A DNA stretch of 64,000 nucleotides from Chitinophaga pinensis (lineage in GTDB: Bacteria; Bacteroidota; Bacteroidia; Chitinophagales; Chitinophagaceae): positions 9,191-73,190 of the forward strand of contig CALRXZ020000001.1 in NCBI GenBank assembly GCA_943372255.1, read 5' to 3'. The notes beneath the pieces were generated by a model, which was given only the letters and a program-made list of their open reading frames with translations, was not told the origin of the DNA and did not search any database. A program made the position numbers and the translations under genes. Each line of letters starts with the position of its first letter. Position 1 is the stretch's first letter. Below are positions 1 through 9,766 of the stretch, in pieces.

Positions 1-1134
1 GAGTTTGTTGAAGCATTAAAAAAGCGAAAAGAACTCAGTGGATTGTTCGCATTTTATTCTGCAAAATATCCGCAGTACGAAATTTTAATTGATAACAGTT
101 TAGCCATGCAAAAAAGTGTATCTATTGGAGAAGCCATGGAGAACTTAAACATTATGGTTGGAAGTACTTATGAGCAAGGGTTTATACGTTTTAACAATTA
201 TTATAAAGTATATACACAAGCTTCTCCAGAATTCAGAAAGCAGCCATCTGATATTTTAAACATGTTTATTAAAAATGAACATGGTGAAATGGTTCCCTAT
301 TCTGCTTTCATGAGTATTAAAAAAACGCAAGGACCTAATGAGATTTCTAGGTATAATCTTTATATCTCCTCCTTAATCAATGGTGTCCCTGCAAAAGGCT
401 ATTCATCTGGTGATGCCATTAATGCCATTAAAGAAGTAGCAAAGACGTCTTTGCCAAGAGGATATGATATAGCATGGGAAGGTATCTCGTTTGATGAATC
501 AAGAAGAGGAAATGAAGCACTTTATATTTTCTTAGTAGTCATCTTCTTTGTATACCTCATCTTATCAGCACAATATGAAAGCTTCTTTTTGCCATTTGCT
601 GTATTGCTTTCTATCTTCCCTGGTGTTTTTGGATCATTCTTCTTATTAAAGGCAATGAATTTGTCTAATGATGTATATGCACAGGTTGGATTGATTATGC
701 TTGTAGGATTGCTGGGCAAGAATGCAGTATTGATTGTTGAGTTTGCGGTGCAAAAACACAATCAAGGAGCAACAGCTTTAGAATCAGCCATTGCAGGTGC
801 TAAAGCGCGTTTTCGCCCAATCCTTATGACTTCCTTTGCATTTATTGCTGGTTTAATTCCACTTGTTTTGGCAAAAGGTCCTGGCGCAGTTGGAAACCAT
901 ACTATTGGTGCATCTGCACTTGGAGGAATGTTGTTCGGGACCATTTTTGGTGTCATAGTTATTCCAGGTCTTTATTACGTTTTTGCAAAACTTCAAGAAG
1001 GCAGATCACTCATTAAAGGAGAAGATTTGAACCCATTGACAGAAGACTATGTAGAAAGCAAAGAAGATACCGCATTAACTAAGCAGATTAAAAACATCAT
1101 TAAAAGAATAAGGAGGACTAACAATGAACAATAA
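1..1134 (+). CDS. Efflux RND transporter permease subunit (AcrB/HAE1-like), C-terminal part; 5' end cut by the window edge
   Basis: Frame 1 is open from base 1 (EFVEALKKRKELSG...). The C-terminal TM bundle motifs LMLVGLLGKNAVLIVEFA and RFRPILMTSFAFIAGLIPL are typical of RND permeases. It overlaps the downstream outer-membrane factor gene by 11 nt. Confidence 0.9.
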   Translation, partial: EFVEALKKRKELSGLFAFYSAKYPQYEILIDNSLAMQKSVSIGEAMENLNIMVGSTYEQGFIRFNNYYKVYTQASPEFRKQPSDILNMFIKNEHGEMVPYSAFMSIKKTQGPNEISRYNLYISSLINGVPAKGYSSGDAINAIKEVAKTSLPRGYDIAWEGISFDESRRGNEALYIFLVVIFFVYLILSAQYESFFLPFAVLLSIFPGVFGSFFLLKAMNLSNDVYAQVGLIMLVGLLGKNAVLIVEFAVQKHNQGATALESAIAGAKARFRPILMTSFAFIAGLIPLVLAKGPGAVGNHTIGASALGGMLFGTIFGVIVIPGLYYVFAKLQEGRSLIKGEDLNPLTEDYVESKEDTALTKQIKNIIKRIRRTNNEQ

Positions 1135-2536
1135 AATTCTAGTCTTATTGGCTATCATCTGTTTTGCTGCCTGTAAAATACCGGCTCTTGTTAGCAAGCA
1201 AGAAAACAAAACAGTACCCGCATATTATAATACACCTCAAGATTCAACCAATATTGCATCCATCAAATGGCGTGAGTACTTTACGGATCCTTATTTGATT
1301 GCCATTATTGATTCTGCAATAAAGAACAATCAGGAATTAAATATTGCACTTAGAGAAATTGAAATTGACAAGAATGAAATTCAAGCACGAAAAGGAGAAT
1401 ATTTACCCTTTGTCAATGTTGCTGGTGCTGCAGGAGTAGATAAAACAGGAAGATACACTTGGGATGGTCTTTCTGAAGAGGATTTAAAAGCTAATCCAGA
1501 TAAAGCACCAAAGCATATTGGTGAGTTTAGGGTTGGAATTTATGCCTCTTGGGAATTAGATGTTTGGAAAAAACTAAGGAATGCAAAAAAATCTGCAACA
1601 TTAAAATACTTTGCAACCATTGAGGGTAGAAATTTTCTTGTAACCAATTTGATTGCAGAGATTTCAAGCTCCTATTATGAATTATTAGCGCTTGACAATA
1701 TGATGTCAATAGTGCAACAGAATATTGAATTGCAAAAAAATGCATTACGGATGGTAAAGCTTGAGAAAGAGGCGGCCAAAGTATCTCAACTAGCAGTAAA
1801 CCGATTTGATGCGCAATTATTGCACACCCAAAATCTGCAGTATAATATACAACAGCAAATTGTAGAAACAGAGAATAAAATAAATTTTCTTGCTGGCAGA
1901 TTTACTAAACATGTTGCAAGAACAAATGCTATGTTCAATGACATCCCAGTTGAAAACGTACAAACTGGTATTCCATCACAATTATTATTAAATAGACCTG
2001 ATATTCGACAAGCAGAATTAGCATTGGCTGCATCTAAGTTGGATGTACAAGTGGCAAGAGCTAATTTTTACCCATCTTTTAGGTTAAGTGCTGGTACCGG
2101 ATTTACGGCATTTAATCCTGGTTTTGTATTCACACCAGAATCATTGCTTTTTAATTTAGTAGGTGATGCAGTTGGACCATTGATTAATAAAAATGGCATC
2201 AAAGCTGCGTATCAAAATGCCAATGAAAAACAGATCATTTCTGCTTATCAATATGAACGTACCATCCTAAGTGCATTCATTGAAGTAGCTAATCATTTAT
2301 CATTCATCAACAATTATAAAAATAGTTACGAGACCAAGGCTAAAGAAGTTGAAATTCTTAATCAGTCTGTAGATATTTCTAACAAATTGTTTATTTCTTC
2401 TAAAGCAGATTATATTGAAGTTTTGCTAACACAAAGGGAAGCCCTTGATTCAAGAATTGAATTAATTGAAACTAAACTAAAGCAATTGCAAGCAAAGGTC
2501 AATATATACCGAGCACTGGGTGGAGGTTGGAATTAA
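1124..2536 (+). CDS. Efflux transporter outer membrane factor lipoprotein (TolC/NodT family)
   Basis: 470 aa with a lipoprotein signal (lipobox FAAC). It has coiled-coil/OEP-type repeat composition and a C-terminal ALGGGW ending typical of NodT-family OMFs. It is coupled to the RND permease. Confidence 0.85.
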   Translation: MNNKILVLLAIICFAACKIPALVSKQENKTVPAYYNTPQDSTNIASIKWREYFTDPYLIAIIDSAIKNNQELNIALREIEIDKNEIQARKGEYLPFVNVAGAAGVDKTGRYTWDGLSEEDLKANPDKAPKHIGEFRVGIYASWELDVWKKLRNAKKSATLKYFATIEGRNFLVTNLIAEISSSYYELLALDNMMSIVQQNIELQKNALRMVKLEKEAAKVSQLAVNRFDAQLLHTQNLQYNIQQQIVETENKINFLAGRFTKHVARTNAMFNDIPVENVQTGIPSQLLLNRPDIRQAELALAASKLDVQVARANFYPSFRLSAGTGFTAFNPGFVFTPESLLFNLVGDAVGPLINKNGIKAAYQNANEKQIISAYQYERTILSAFIEVANHLSFINNYKNSYETKAKEVEILNQSVDISNKLFISSKADYIEVLLTQREALDSRIELIETKLKQLQAKVNIYRALGGGWN

Positions 2537-2638
2537 TACCTGTTTCCCCAACAAACAGGTAAAAGCATAAATAAAATCCTAGAAATCCTGATAGTCAGGG
2601 GGCTTAAGATTATACACTACTAGATCCACTTGTAAATC

Positions 2639-2675
2639 AAGCAGTTATGAAGTAAATTTCATAACTGCTTTTTTA
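2639..2675 (+). terminator. Rho-independent terminator after the efflux operon
   Basis: Perfect 11-13 bp stem (aa)gcagttatgaa / ttcataactgc(tt) at 2639-2651 and 2658-2670, a 6-nt loop, then a T-run at 2669-2675. Confidence 0.65.
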
Positions 2676-2745
2676 TTACTCTAACATCACAAAATTTTAT
2701 ACAATAAATCATTGGCTCTATTAGTTTAAGTCAATAAATGAATAA

Positions 2746-3495
2746 ATGAAACTACATTTCCTATTCCTTTTCATAGTGACCCTATTGTACGGGTCTAATC
2801 TGAATGCCCAACAATATCCTGAAATGATAAAGGTGAAAGGTGGCTCTTTCAAAATGGGTGATGAATTGGGAGTAGGTGAAAAGGATGAACTACCTGTACA
2901 TAGCGTAACTGTAAAAACTTTTGGGCTTGCCAAAACAGAGACTACTGTGTTGCAATGGAAAACCTATTGCAATGAAACTGGTCTTCCTATGCCCAAATCT
3001 CCCCAAGGGGGATGGGTTGATCAAGATCCTATTGCTAATGTAAGCTGGGAAGATGCCATGGCTTATTGTAAATGGTTAAGCAATAAAACCGGAAAGCAAT
3101 ATAGATTACCAACAGAAGTAGAATGGGAGTTTGCAGCTAGGGGTGGCAAAAAAAGCAAGGGCTATCAATATAGTGGGGGACAAAACATAGATACTGTTGC
3201 TTGGAACAAAAACAATAGCAATAATTTGGTTCATGCAGTAGCCCAAAAAAAAGCAAATGAACTAGGTCTTTATGACATGACAGGCAATCTTTGGGAATGG
3301 TGTTTGGACTGGTATATCTTTGAAGCCTATACATTTGCTCAAGACAATAAAAAGGATGATAAAATTAGGGGTACACGTGTAATAAGAGGAGGCTGTGCTA
3401 CTACACCAGCCCTAGGTTGTAGAAATGCTAGCCGTGGTAGTAGCGAACCCGGTTTTCGTTATGCTTACAGCGGTTTTCGGGTGGCCATTCAATGA
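2746..3495 (+). CDS. Formylglycine-generating enzyme (SUMF1/FGE-sulfatase) domain protein, secreted
   Basis: Signal peptide. YRLPTEVEWEFAARGG, LGLYDMTGNLWEWCLDWY and RVIRGG are hallmark FGE-sulfatase domain motifs. Confidence 0.8.
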   Translation: MKLHFLFLFIVTLLYGSNLNAQQYPEMIKVKGGSFKMGDELGVGEKDELPVHSVTVKTFGLAKTETTVLQWKTYCNETGLPMPKSPQGGWVDQDPIANVSWEDAMAYCKWLSNKTGKQYRLPTEVEWEFAARGGKKSKGYQYSGGQNIDTVAWNKNNSNNLVHAVAQKKANELGLYDMTGNLWEWCLDWYIFEAYTFAQDNKKDDKIRGTRVIRGGCATTPALGCRNASRGSSEPGFRYAYSGFRVAIQ

Positions 3496-3524
3496 ATTTT
3501 TAAACTGCATACTATCTTTAAAAT

Positions 3525-3983
3525 ATGAGACTACTAGCCATTCTTCTATTTTGTCTTTCAGTGAGTGCATTAAAAGCACAATTACCTGAAGTGACTACAA
3601 ATTTTAATCAGTCAAATTCAGACGTCAATAATGGCATTGAAAATGAAGGTTGGTTTCTTACAAATAATGGTGAATATAAATGCCGGTTTAGGAATACGCC
3701 AGATGGAGTGAATCACGCATTTGTCAAATTAACAGAATTGATGATCAAGTTCAATGGTAAGGTCAGCAATTTGAATAATTCCAACTTTCAAAAATTGCCT
3801 AAAAAGATAGATGGAACATATGACTTTGATGAGTTTGTCAAATTAACTCAAAATAAGGATAAGGATTTCTATATCAGTAGACGGTTCAGAATGCTTACTG
3901 GGCCATTTAGAGAGATAGAAATCAATAATGTTGAGGGAAGAGAAATCCCATTTTGGACTATTCGCGCAATAAGAGCAAAATAG
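3525..3983 (+). CDS. Hypothetical secreted protein
   Basis: 152-aa ORF with an N-terminal signal peptide (LLFCLSVSALKAQ). No recognisable motif. Confidence 0.4.
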   Translation: MRLLAILLFCLSVSALKAQLPEVTTNFNQSNSDVNNGIENEGWFLTNNGEYKCRFRNTPDGVNHAFVKLTELMIKFNGKVSNLNNSNFQKLPKKIDGTYDFDEFVKLTQNKDKDFYISRRFRMLTGPFREIEINNVEGREIPFWTIRAIRAK

Positions 3984-4100
3984 GTATTTCTTTAATCAAA
4001 CCTGCCCTTGCCTCCCTTCTTCCCAGTCTGCCAATGTTAGTTCTCCCTTTTGCTTCCTCGCTGTTTTTTATTTGTATAAACATTTTGCATAAAAAACCGC

Positions 4101-6518
4101 TTAAAATTTGTAGCTATATCCCAGCCTAAACACCTGGGTTTCCAAATAATCGGAACTCCTTAAAGTAAATCCATTACCTATAATTACTTTGGTCAAAACC
4201 AGTGTATTAAACAAATCGGTTGCATTCAAAAAAAGTTCCCCTTTTCCTTTTTGAATTTGTTTCTTGACACCCAAATCCATTGAAAAACGCGATTCTATTC
4301 TTCCTTGTGGAATAATATCAGGCGCTAACCAGATTGCTGTTAATTGTAAATCTGTTTTTCCTGGTAACTTAAAAAATAAGTTTGCTTTTAGATTCCCCGA
4401 AGTAATAAATGTTTCTTCAATAGAATAAATAGTAGGTACTGGATATTTATTGTTTATGGTAAAAGCATTGATAATATTGTGGTACAATGCCCCGCTTAAA
4501 TTAGCCGTAAAAGATTTTGAAAATTCTTGTTGAAGGAATGTTTCTATGCCGGTTGCGCTACTTTTCCCTGCATTCTGAAAAATATTATAGATTAAAGTAT
4601 TTCCGGGAACAATGGTAGCAATTCTTGTTATAGTAGCATTAACGCTATTGTGATAGATGGAAGTTGTTAAACTTCCATTTGACCAGCCCAATTTGTACCC
4701 AATTTCAAACCTATTTGTGAATTGAGGACGCAATGTTGGGTTTCCAACTTTGAGTAATTCGGGTTCATCATATTTTGGGAAAATTCGAATATCAACTTCA
4801 TTGGGACGATCTACCCGTTGGTTGAAAAATGCGGTTAATTTATTGCGGTTGTTAACCTTGTATCCAAAGCGAATAGTTGGAAAAGGTTTCGCATAATTGT
4901 ATCCATCTGAAGTATATGTAGGATGAGTTGGATTCACTTCATAATCCACTTTAACGTATTCCATGCGGATTCCCGCTTCTAGTTCTATTTTGTTGTTTTC
5001 AAAAACATAGTTCCCATATACTGCTGGAATAGCTTCTTTATAATTGGCCCAACCTCCTGCGTTGCTATCAATTGGTGAGTTCAGTCCTGGGAAAAACTGC
5101 ATGTTAGTAGGAATTGAGCGGTAGCGGAACTTCATGCCTGTTTCAATCCTGCCGTGTTTTAAGGGTCTCACATAATCTACATTTAAATCCGAAACATGTT
5201 CGTCAGATAACAACTTGAAAGCGTCTTGACCAGTAAAAGTAGGCATGATATTGGTGAAGAAATATTGCTCATCTTCCCGGTGAAAAGTGTAATTGAATCC
5301 AGCTGTAAGTTGGTGTCCTGGTTGTTTGAATTTATGCTGATAACTAGCCGATGCTATAGCTGTATATTTAACTTCGTCTTCCAGAAACTGCCACAAGCGT
5401 AAACGTTGTGAAAAGTCTTTGTTGAAATATGGAACATCTCCATCATCCAGAATTTTCTCACGATTAAAATAGCCAGATACCGTTAAGCTGTTAGATGCAT
5501 CCGGTGTCCAGTCAATCCCAGTTTTAACCGTTGCAAAAGTGGTTGTACGGTTCCGCTTTACTTGTTGGTTAATGACTATTCCATTGGAATAAGTTCTTTC
5601 TGAAAATTCGTTTCGGTTCAGGGTCTGTGTATATAACCAATCCCCTTGGAGAAATGTATTGAGTTTATTCTTTCGGTAGTTTAAAGAAATTGATGGATTG
5701 AGTTTTGGTGTTGCACTAAACTGCGGTCTGATTGTTGGCAAATTTGGTTTCCTTTCCCAAAGAGCACCAAGCCCTCCCATAATCCCAATCTTCCCATTAA
5801 AATCTTCCTGTTTATTTTTCTTGTAAATGATATTGATGATGCCTGCATTCCCGTTTGCATCATAAATAGCCGAAGGATTGTTGATGATTTCTATACGTTC
5901 AATTGCCGAAGCTGGTAAATTGTCAAGCCCAGTTTGACCGTTAAAACCCGTAATGGCACTTTGTTTGCCATCAATTAATATAGCAACTTTGTCATTGCCT
6001 CTAAGTTGCACTTTTCCATCTTGAACAGTTACTCCTGGTAGGTTTTGCATGGCTTGCAAAACTGATCCTCCTGCTTGTGAAATGTTATTGCCTACCGCAA
6101 ATACCTTTTTGTCCATTTTTTCATTTACCCCATCTTTCTGCTTAGAAGCTGTAACAATTACATCAGTTAGCTTGTTTACGTTTTCAAACAGTTCAATGTT
6201 ACCAAGGTCTAGATAGGCGCTAAGTGTACCAACAATTATTTCTTGCTGATGCTTAACATAGCCTCCTAACAAAGCTTCCATTAAATAGGTGCCGCTTTTG
6301 ATTCCACTAAGCGTAAACCTTCCCTCCTCGTTAGTGATGGTACCGCCTACAAAACTGCTGTCTTTTTTAGTTTTGATTAGAATGCTTACATAAGATATTG
6401 GGGCTTTGCTTTTACCATGCCTTGTTAAACCTGAAATAGATACACTGGACTGGGCTAAGGCAAAAACCGGGACAAAAAACAAGGCAAGAAAAAATAATAT
6501 TTGATTTTTGTAATTCAT
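4101..6518 (-). CDS. TonB-dependent receptor / outer-membrane beta-barrel with N-terminal CarboxypepD_reg domain
   Basis: 805 aa with a signal peptide. It has a carboxypeptidase-regulatory-like region (GTYLMEALLGGY), a plug-like region (IERIEIINNPSAIYDANGNAGIINI) and a C-terminal aromatic barrel terminus (RLGYSYKF). Confidence 0.8.
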   Translation of the reverse strand: MNYKNQILFFLALFFVPVFALAQSSVSISGLTRHGKSKAPISYVSILIKTKKDSSFVGGTITNEEGRFTLSGIKSGTYLMEALLGGYVKHQQEIIVGTLSAYLDLGNIELFENVNKLTDVIVTASKQKDGVNEKMDKKVFAVGNNISQAGGSVLQAMQNLPGVTVQDGKVQLRGNDKVAILIDGKQSAITGFNGQTGLDNLPASAIERIEIINNPSAIYDANGNAGIINIIYKKNKQEDFNGKIGIMGGLGALWERKPNLPTIRPQFSATPKLNPSISLNYRKNKLNTFLQGDWLYTQTLNRNEFSERTYSNGIVINQQVKRNRTTTFATVKTGIDWTPDASNSLTVSGYFNREKILDDGDVPYFNKDFSQRLRLWQFLEDEVKYTAIASASYQHKFKQPGHQLTAGFNYTFHREDEQYFFTNIMPTFTGQDAFKLLSDEHVSDLNVDYVRPLKHGRIETGMKFRYRSIPTNMQFFPGLNSPIDSNAGGWANYKEAIPAVYGNYVFENNKIELEAGIRMEYVKVDYEVNPTHPTYTSDGYNYAKPFPTIRFGYKVNNRNKLTAFFNQRVDRPNEVDIRIFPKYDEPELLKVGNPTLRPQFTNRFEIGYKLGWSNGSLTTSIYHNSVNATITRIATIVPGNTLIYNIFQNAGKSSATGIETFLQQEFSKSFTANLSGALYHNIINAFTINNKYPVPTIYSIEETFITSGNLKANLFFKLPGKTDLQLTAIWLAPDIIPQGRIESRFSMDLGVKKQIQKGKGELFLNATDLFNTLVLTKVIIGNGFTLRSSDYLETQVFRLGYSYKF

Positions 6519-6627
6519 AGTTCAAAATAAAAAACAAATTCTGTTGCAAATCTGAACTAGGATTTAGTTACGACTTCAGATTCTCTCCAAAATTAAACTG
6601 TATTTTACAACCTTAACTGGGCTGCAA

Positions 6628-7305
6628 TTGAAAATTCTGATTATTGAAGATGAAATTACCTTGAACCAAAGTATGGTGGAGTTCCTAAGTGCGGCTGGTT
6701 ATCTATGTGAATCCGTATTCAGTTACAAAGCTGCGTTAGAAAAAATTGACTATTACAGCTATGATTGTATTGTGTTAGACATTATGCTACCGGGTGGTTC
6801 AGGCCTAGATCTTTTGAATTATCTAAAGCTTGATAAAAAAACAGATGGGGTAATCATCATTTCTGCTCGCGGTACCCTTGAAGACAAAATAGAGGGTTTG
6901 CAGCTTGGAGCCGATGATTATCTGATTAAACCCTTCCATATTGCCGAACTTAGTGTAAGGATAGCCGCGATTATTAGAAGGAAAAACTTTAACGGGCAAT
7001 CTGTTGTAAGCGCAGGTGATATACAGATTGACACTGTTAGTAAATCCGTTATTATATGTAGCAAAACTGTTGAATTAACACAAAAAGAGTTTCAATTACT
7101 TTTGTTCTTAGTCATCAATAAAAACCGGGTACTATCCAAAAATACAATTGCAGAACATCTTTGGGGGGATAGTATGGACTTTCCCGACAACTATGATTTT
7201 ATTTATTCGCATATTAAGAACCTTCGAAAAAAAATTGTTGCTACAGGCGGAGAGGATTGCATCAAATCCATTTATGGGGAAGGATATAAAATGCAGCTAC
7301 TATGA
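6628..7305 (+). CDS. OmpR/PhoB-family response regulator (REC + winged-helix)
   Basis: TTG start giving MKILIIEDE. Phospho-acceptor context VLDIMLPGGSG, then KPF, and C-terminal ELTQKEFQLL...GEGYK DNA-binding motifs. It overlaps the downstream kinase by 4 nt. Confidence 0.9.
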   Translation: MKILIIEDEITLNQSMVEFLSAAGYLCESVFSYKAALEKIDYYSYDCIVLDIMLPGGSGLDLLNYLKLDKKTDGVIIISARGTLEDKIEGLQLGADDYLIKPFHIAELSVRIAAIIRRKNFNGQSVVSAGDIQIDTVSKSVIICSKTVELTQKEFQLLLFLVINKNRVLSKNTIAEHLWGDSMDFPDNYDFIYSHIKNLRKKIVATGGEDCIKSIYGEGYKMQLL

Positions 7306-8570
7306 AATTATTTGACAAATACAATCGGGTTAATTTAACATCTACCATAATTACTTTTGTAGTTGGCAGCATTGCATTCTATTTTGTTCTTGATTATGTA
7401 CTTACTAGTCAACTAGACCGCGGCCTGCTTGTTGAACAATCCGAGATTGTAGACTTTGTTAAGGAACATAAAGAAGTGCCAGAACCACTGACCACAAAAC
7501 ATCAATGGACAGAATATATATTAATCAATAAACCCATTGCCCTTCCCAAAGCAACTACAACAGAAGCTTTCAACAAACTGGAAAATGAAATACAACATGT
7601 TCGACAATTGGTATTTACAATAGCTGCAGGGGGACGCCTATATAGGGTTATTATCAACCAATCTAAAACGGAAACGGAGGATTTGTTACAAATGATCATC
7701 TTGGTGATAATCTTGATGATTGCTTTGATATTACTCTCTAACTATCTGATTAACAGGAAGCTAGTAACTGTATTGTGGAAACCTTTCTATACAACCATTG
7801 GCACCATCAAAGACTATAGGCTGGCTGAAAAGAAAGCCCTTCAACTACCTCGAGAAAAACTTGACGAAATTGATTTACTTAACACTAGCCTAAATTCAAT
7901 GACTGAACGCATTCACCAGGATTATCATGCATTAAAAATGTTCACAGAAAATGCTTCACATGAAATGCAGACACCACTAGCAGTTATACATTCAAAAGTG
8001 GAATCACTCCTTCAACTTAGCCAAGGACAAGAAGCTATGGTTCATCAATTGATGACCATTGAAGATGCAACTTTAAAACTTTCAAGATTGCATCAGTCAT
8101 TGCTTTTACTTGCCAAACTTGAAAACCGCCAATTTGAACTAATTGAACCTGTTAATCTTACTTCTATTTTGCAGTCTAAATTAGAAGAACGTGAATTGAT
8201 TATCAAAGCAAAAGAATTGAAAGTTGCAGTAATTTTAGAAGAAGTTTATTTAAATTTCCACCAGCATTTAGCAGAGATTATGATCAATAACCTGCTTAAC
8301 AATGTGATTCGCTATACTCCTTTGCATGGATCTGTTGGAATATATCTAACAGTCAACGAACTGTCAATTAAAAATTATTCAATTAATGGAGCTTTAGATA
8401 AGCAAAAGTTATTCCAGCGTTTTTATAAGGAAGAACAATCTGCTGAAAGTACAGGTCTTGGACTTGCTATAGTAAATGAAATCTGTACTTTGGCCGGTTT
8501 TAGTATAGAATATAGTTTCATATCTCAGGAACACGTGTTCATGATTTATTTTAATACTCAACCAGCATAA
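7302..8570 (+). CDS. Sensor histidine kinase (two TM segments, HisKA + HATPase_c)
   Basis: H-box NASHEMQTPL, N-box INNLLNNVIRYT and G-box GLGLAIV. ATGA overlap with the response regulator. Confidence 0.85.
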   Translation: MKLFDKYNRVNLTSTIITFVVGSIAFYFVLDYVLTSQLDRGLLVEQSEIVDFVKEHKEVPEPLTTKHQWTEYILINKPIALPKATTTEAFNKLENEIQHVRQLVFTIAAGGRLYRVIINQSKTETEDLLQMIILVIILMIALILLSNYLINRKLVTVLWKPFYTTIGTIKDYRLAEKKALQLPREKLDEIDLLNTSLNSMTERIHQDYHALKMFTENASHEMQTPLAVIHSKVESLLQLSQGQEAMVHQLMTIEDATLKLSRLHQSLLLLAKLENRQFELIEPVNLTSILQSKLEERELIIKAKELKVAVILEEVYLNFHQHLAEIMINNLLNNVIRYTPLHGSVGIYLTVNELSIKNYSINGALDKQKLFQRFYKEEQSAESTGLGLAIVNEICTLAGFSIEYSFISQEHVFMIYFNTQPA

Positions 8571-8598
8571 AATTCAGAATCCCAACAAAATGTAGTGA

Positions 8599-8606
8599 TA
8601 GGTTTG
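8599..8606 (+). promoter_or_regulatory. Candidate Bacteroidota -7 promoter element (TAnnTTTG)
   Basis: Exact TAggTTTG match 12 nt upstream of the 8618 start codon. Motif match only. Confidence 0.25.
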
Positions 8607-8617
8607 AGAAAAAATAA

Positions 8618-9043
8618 ATGATTATGAAGAAAATCTTATTGGTACTTGCTCTTATTATCACAGTAGCAGGTATTGCTCAAAAAAACGATGTTGCCCCCGA
8701 TGCGGCAAAGGCGGCTTTTTCAAAAGCCTATTCCGGAGCCAAAAATGTAAAATGGGAAAAGGAAAATAGTAATTTCGAAGTATCCTTTACATTGAATGGC
8801 CAAGAAGCGTCTGCCATTTATGATTCCAAAGGAACATTGTTAGAGTTTGAACAGGAAATGAAAGTCACTGATCTGCCTACTGTTGTAACAGCTTACATGA
8901 AAGAGCATTACAAAAGGGATACAGTCAAGGGAGCTGCCAAGATTACTAAAGCTGGAGGAGCTGTAAACTATGAAGCGGAAATTAAAGGAAAGGATGTAAT
9001 CTTTGATGAGAAAGGAAAATTTATAAAGGAAGTGAAAGATTAA
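8618..9043 (+). CDS. PepSY-like periplasmic protein (DUF2874-like)
   Basis: Signal peptide. The repeated pattern KAAFSKAYSGAKNVKWEKENSNFEVSF ... VVTAYMKEHY ... YEAEIKGKDVIFDEKGKF is typical of PepSY-like beta-lactamase-inhibitor-fold proteins that sit next to two-component systems. Confidence 0.6.
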   Translation: MIMKKILLVLALIITVAGIAQKNDVAPDAAKAAFSKAYSGAKNVKWEKENSNFEVSFTLNGQEASAIYDSKGTLLEFEQEMKVTDLPTVVTAYMKEHYKRDTVKGAAKITKAGGAVNYEAEIKGKDVIFDEKGKFIKEVKD

Positions 9044-9281
9044 AATTGGCAATATTTCTATTGCCTTACTAGGCCCACTTAAACCATTTATGATTTGTTT
9101 CATAGGTGGTTTTTTATTTTATGCCATGTTCTACCCTTCCTTACAACTTCTTATAAATCTTTATTTCGAAAGCAACCTCCAAAACTTTTTCAAAGTATTA
9201 ATATAGACTTTCGTTATCAACTGCCTTTTGCAAATATGGCTTTTGCCATGCTTAAAACAACTGTTGCACCTGCTTCTATGA

Positions 9282-9766
9282 TTAGTTCAATTTCCGAGGG
9301 GGTATAACCGACCATCATTCAGTTTTTACGAATACTTTGTAAAAATTGATAAAAATATTTTTGATAAAATCAGCTGGAAAATTAAGTTAGGTAGTATAAA
9401 ATTAGTTGTACGTTCTAATGAATTCAGGAATATTGAAATCCCCATTACAGTAATGGCTGAGGTATCGGGTACAGTTTACCAGCAAACAGAAAATGGGAAA
9501 ATCCCAATGGAGCGGATTTATATAGATATTTATAATGAGCAAGGAGTGCTTGCTGCAAAAATATTATCAGAGGCAAATGGATATTATAGTTACTTAGGAT
9601 TACCCCCTGGTATATTTAAATCAGGCCAGATGCAGTTCAATTAAAAAAACTCAACTTACAATTCTCAGAAAGTGAGTTAATATGTATTATTAAATCAAGC
9701 TTTAATGGAAATACTTACCAGAACAATGATTTTATTTTAAAGAAGATTTCTCAATTAGTCCCTTAA
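9282..9766 (+). pseudogene. 3' relic of a larger gene ending in a CarboxypepD_reg-like domain; 5'-truncated and frameshifted
   Basis: The reading frame opens at 9282 with no plausible N-terminus. It reads ...IEIPITVMAEVSGTVYQQTENGKIPMERIYIDIYNEQGVLAAKILSEANGYYSYLGLPPG. The protein-like sequence then continues in another frame after about 9617 (IRPDAVQLKKLNLQFSESELICIIKSSFNGNTYQNNDFILKK, stop 9764-9766). The track ORF 9453..9644 is only the middle piece. Confidence 0.4.

Noticed and set aside
522-956. Antisense ORFs 522..761 and 762..956 inside the RND permease gene.
   Set aside because: They lie wholly within a strongly supported + strand gene, have odd composition and no motifs. They are shadow ORFs. 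The same reasoning applies to 1527..1745, 2721..2933, 3137..3334, 5681..5863 and 7502..7699.
9095-9307. 70-aa ORF in the non-coding stretch after the PepSY-like gene.
   Set aside because: No signal, motif or coupling was found, and it has a Phe/Leu-rich composition typical of random AT-rich ORFs. The region is better explained as a scar next to the gene relic.
9217-9315. 32-codon minus-strand ORF (MVGYTPSEIELIIEAGATVVLSMAKAIFAKGS) in the same scar region.
   Set aside because: It reads protein-like, but I cannot tie it to any family, and it overlaps the relic's open frame. It may be another fragment of a lost gene. The evidence is insufficient to call a feature.
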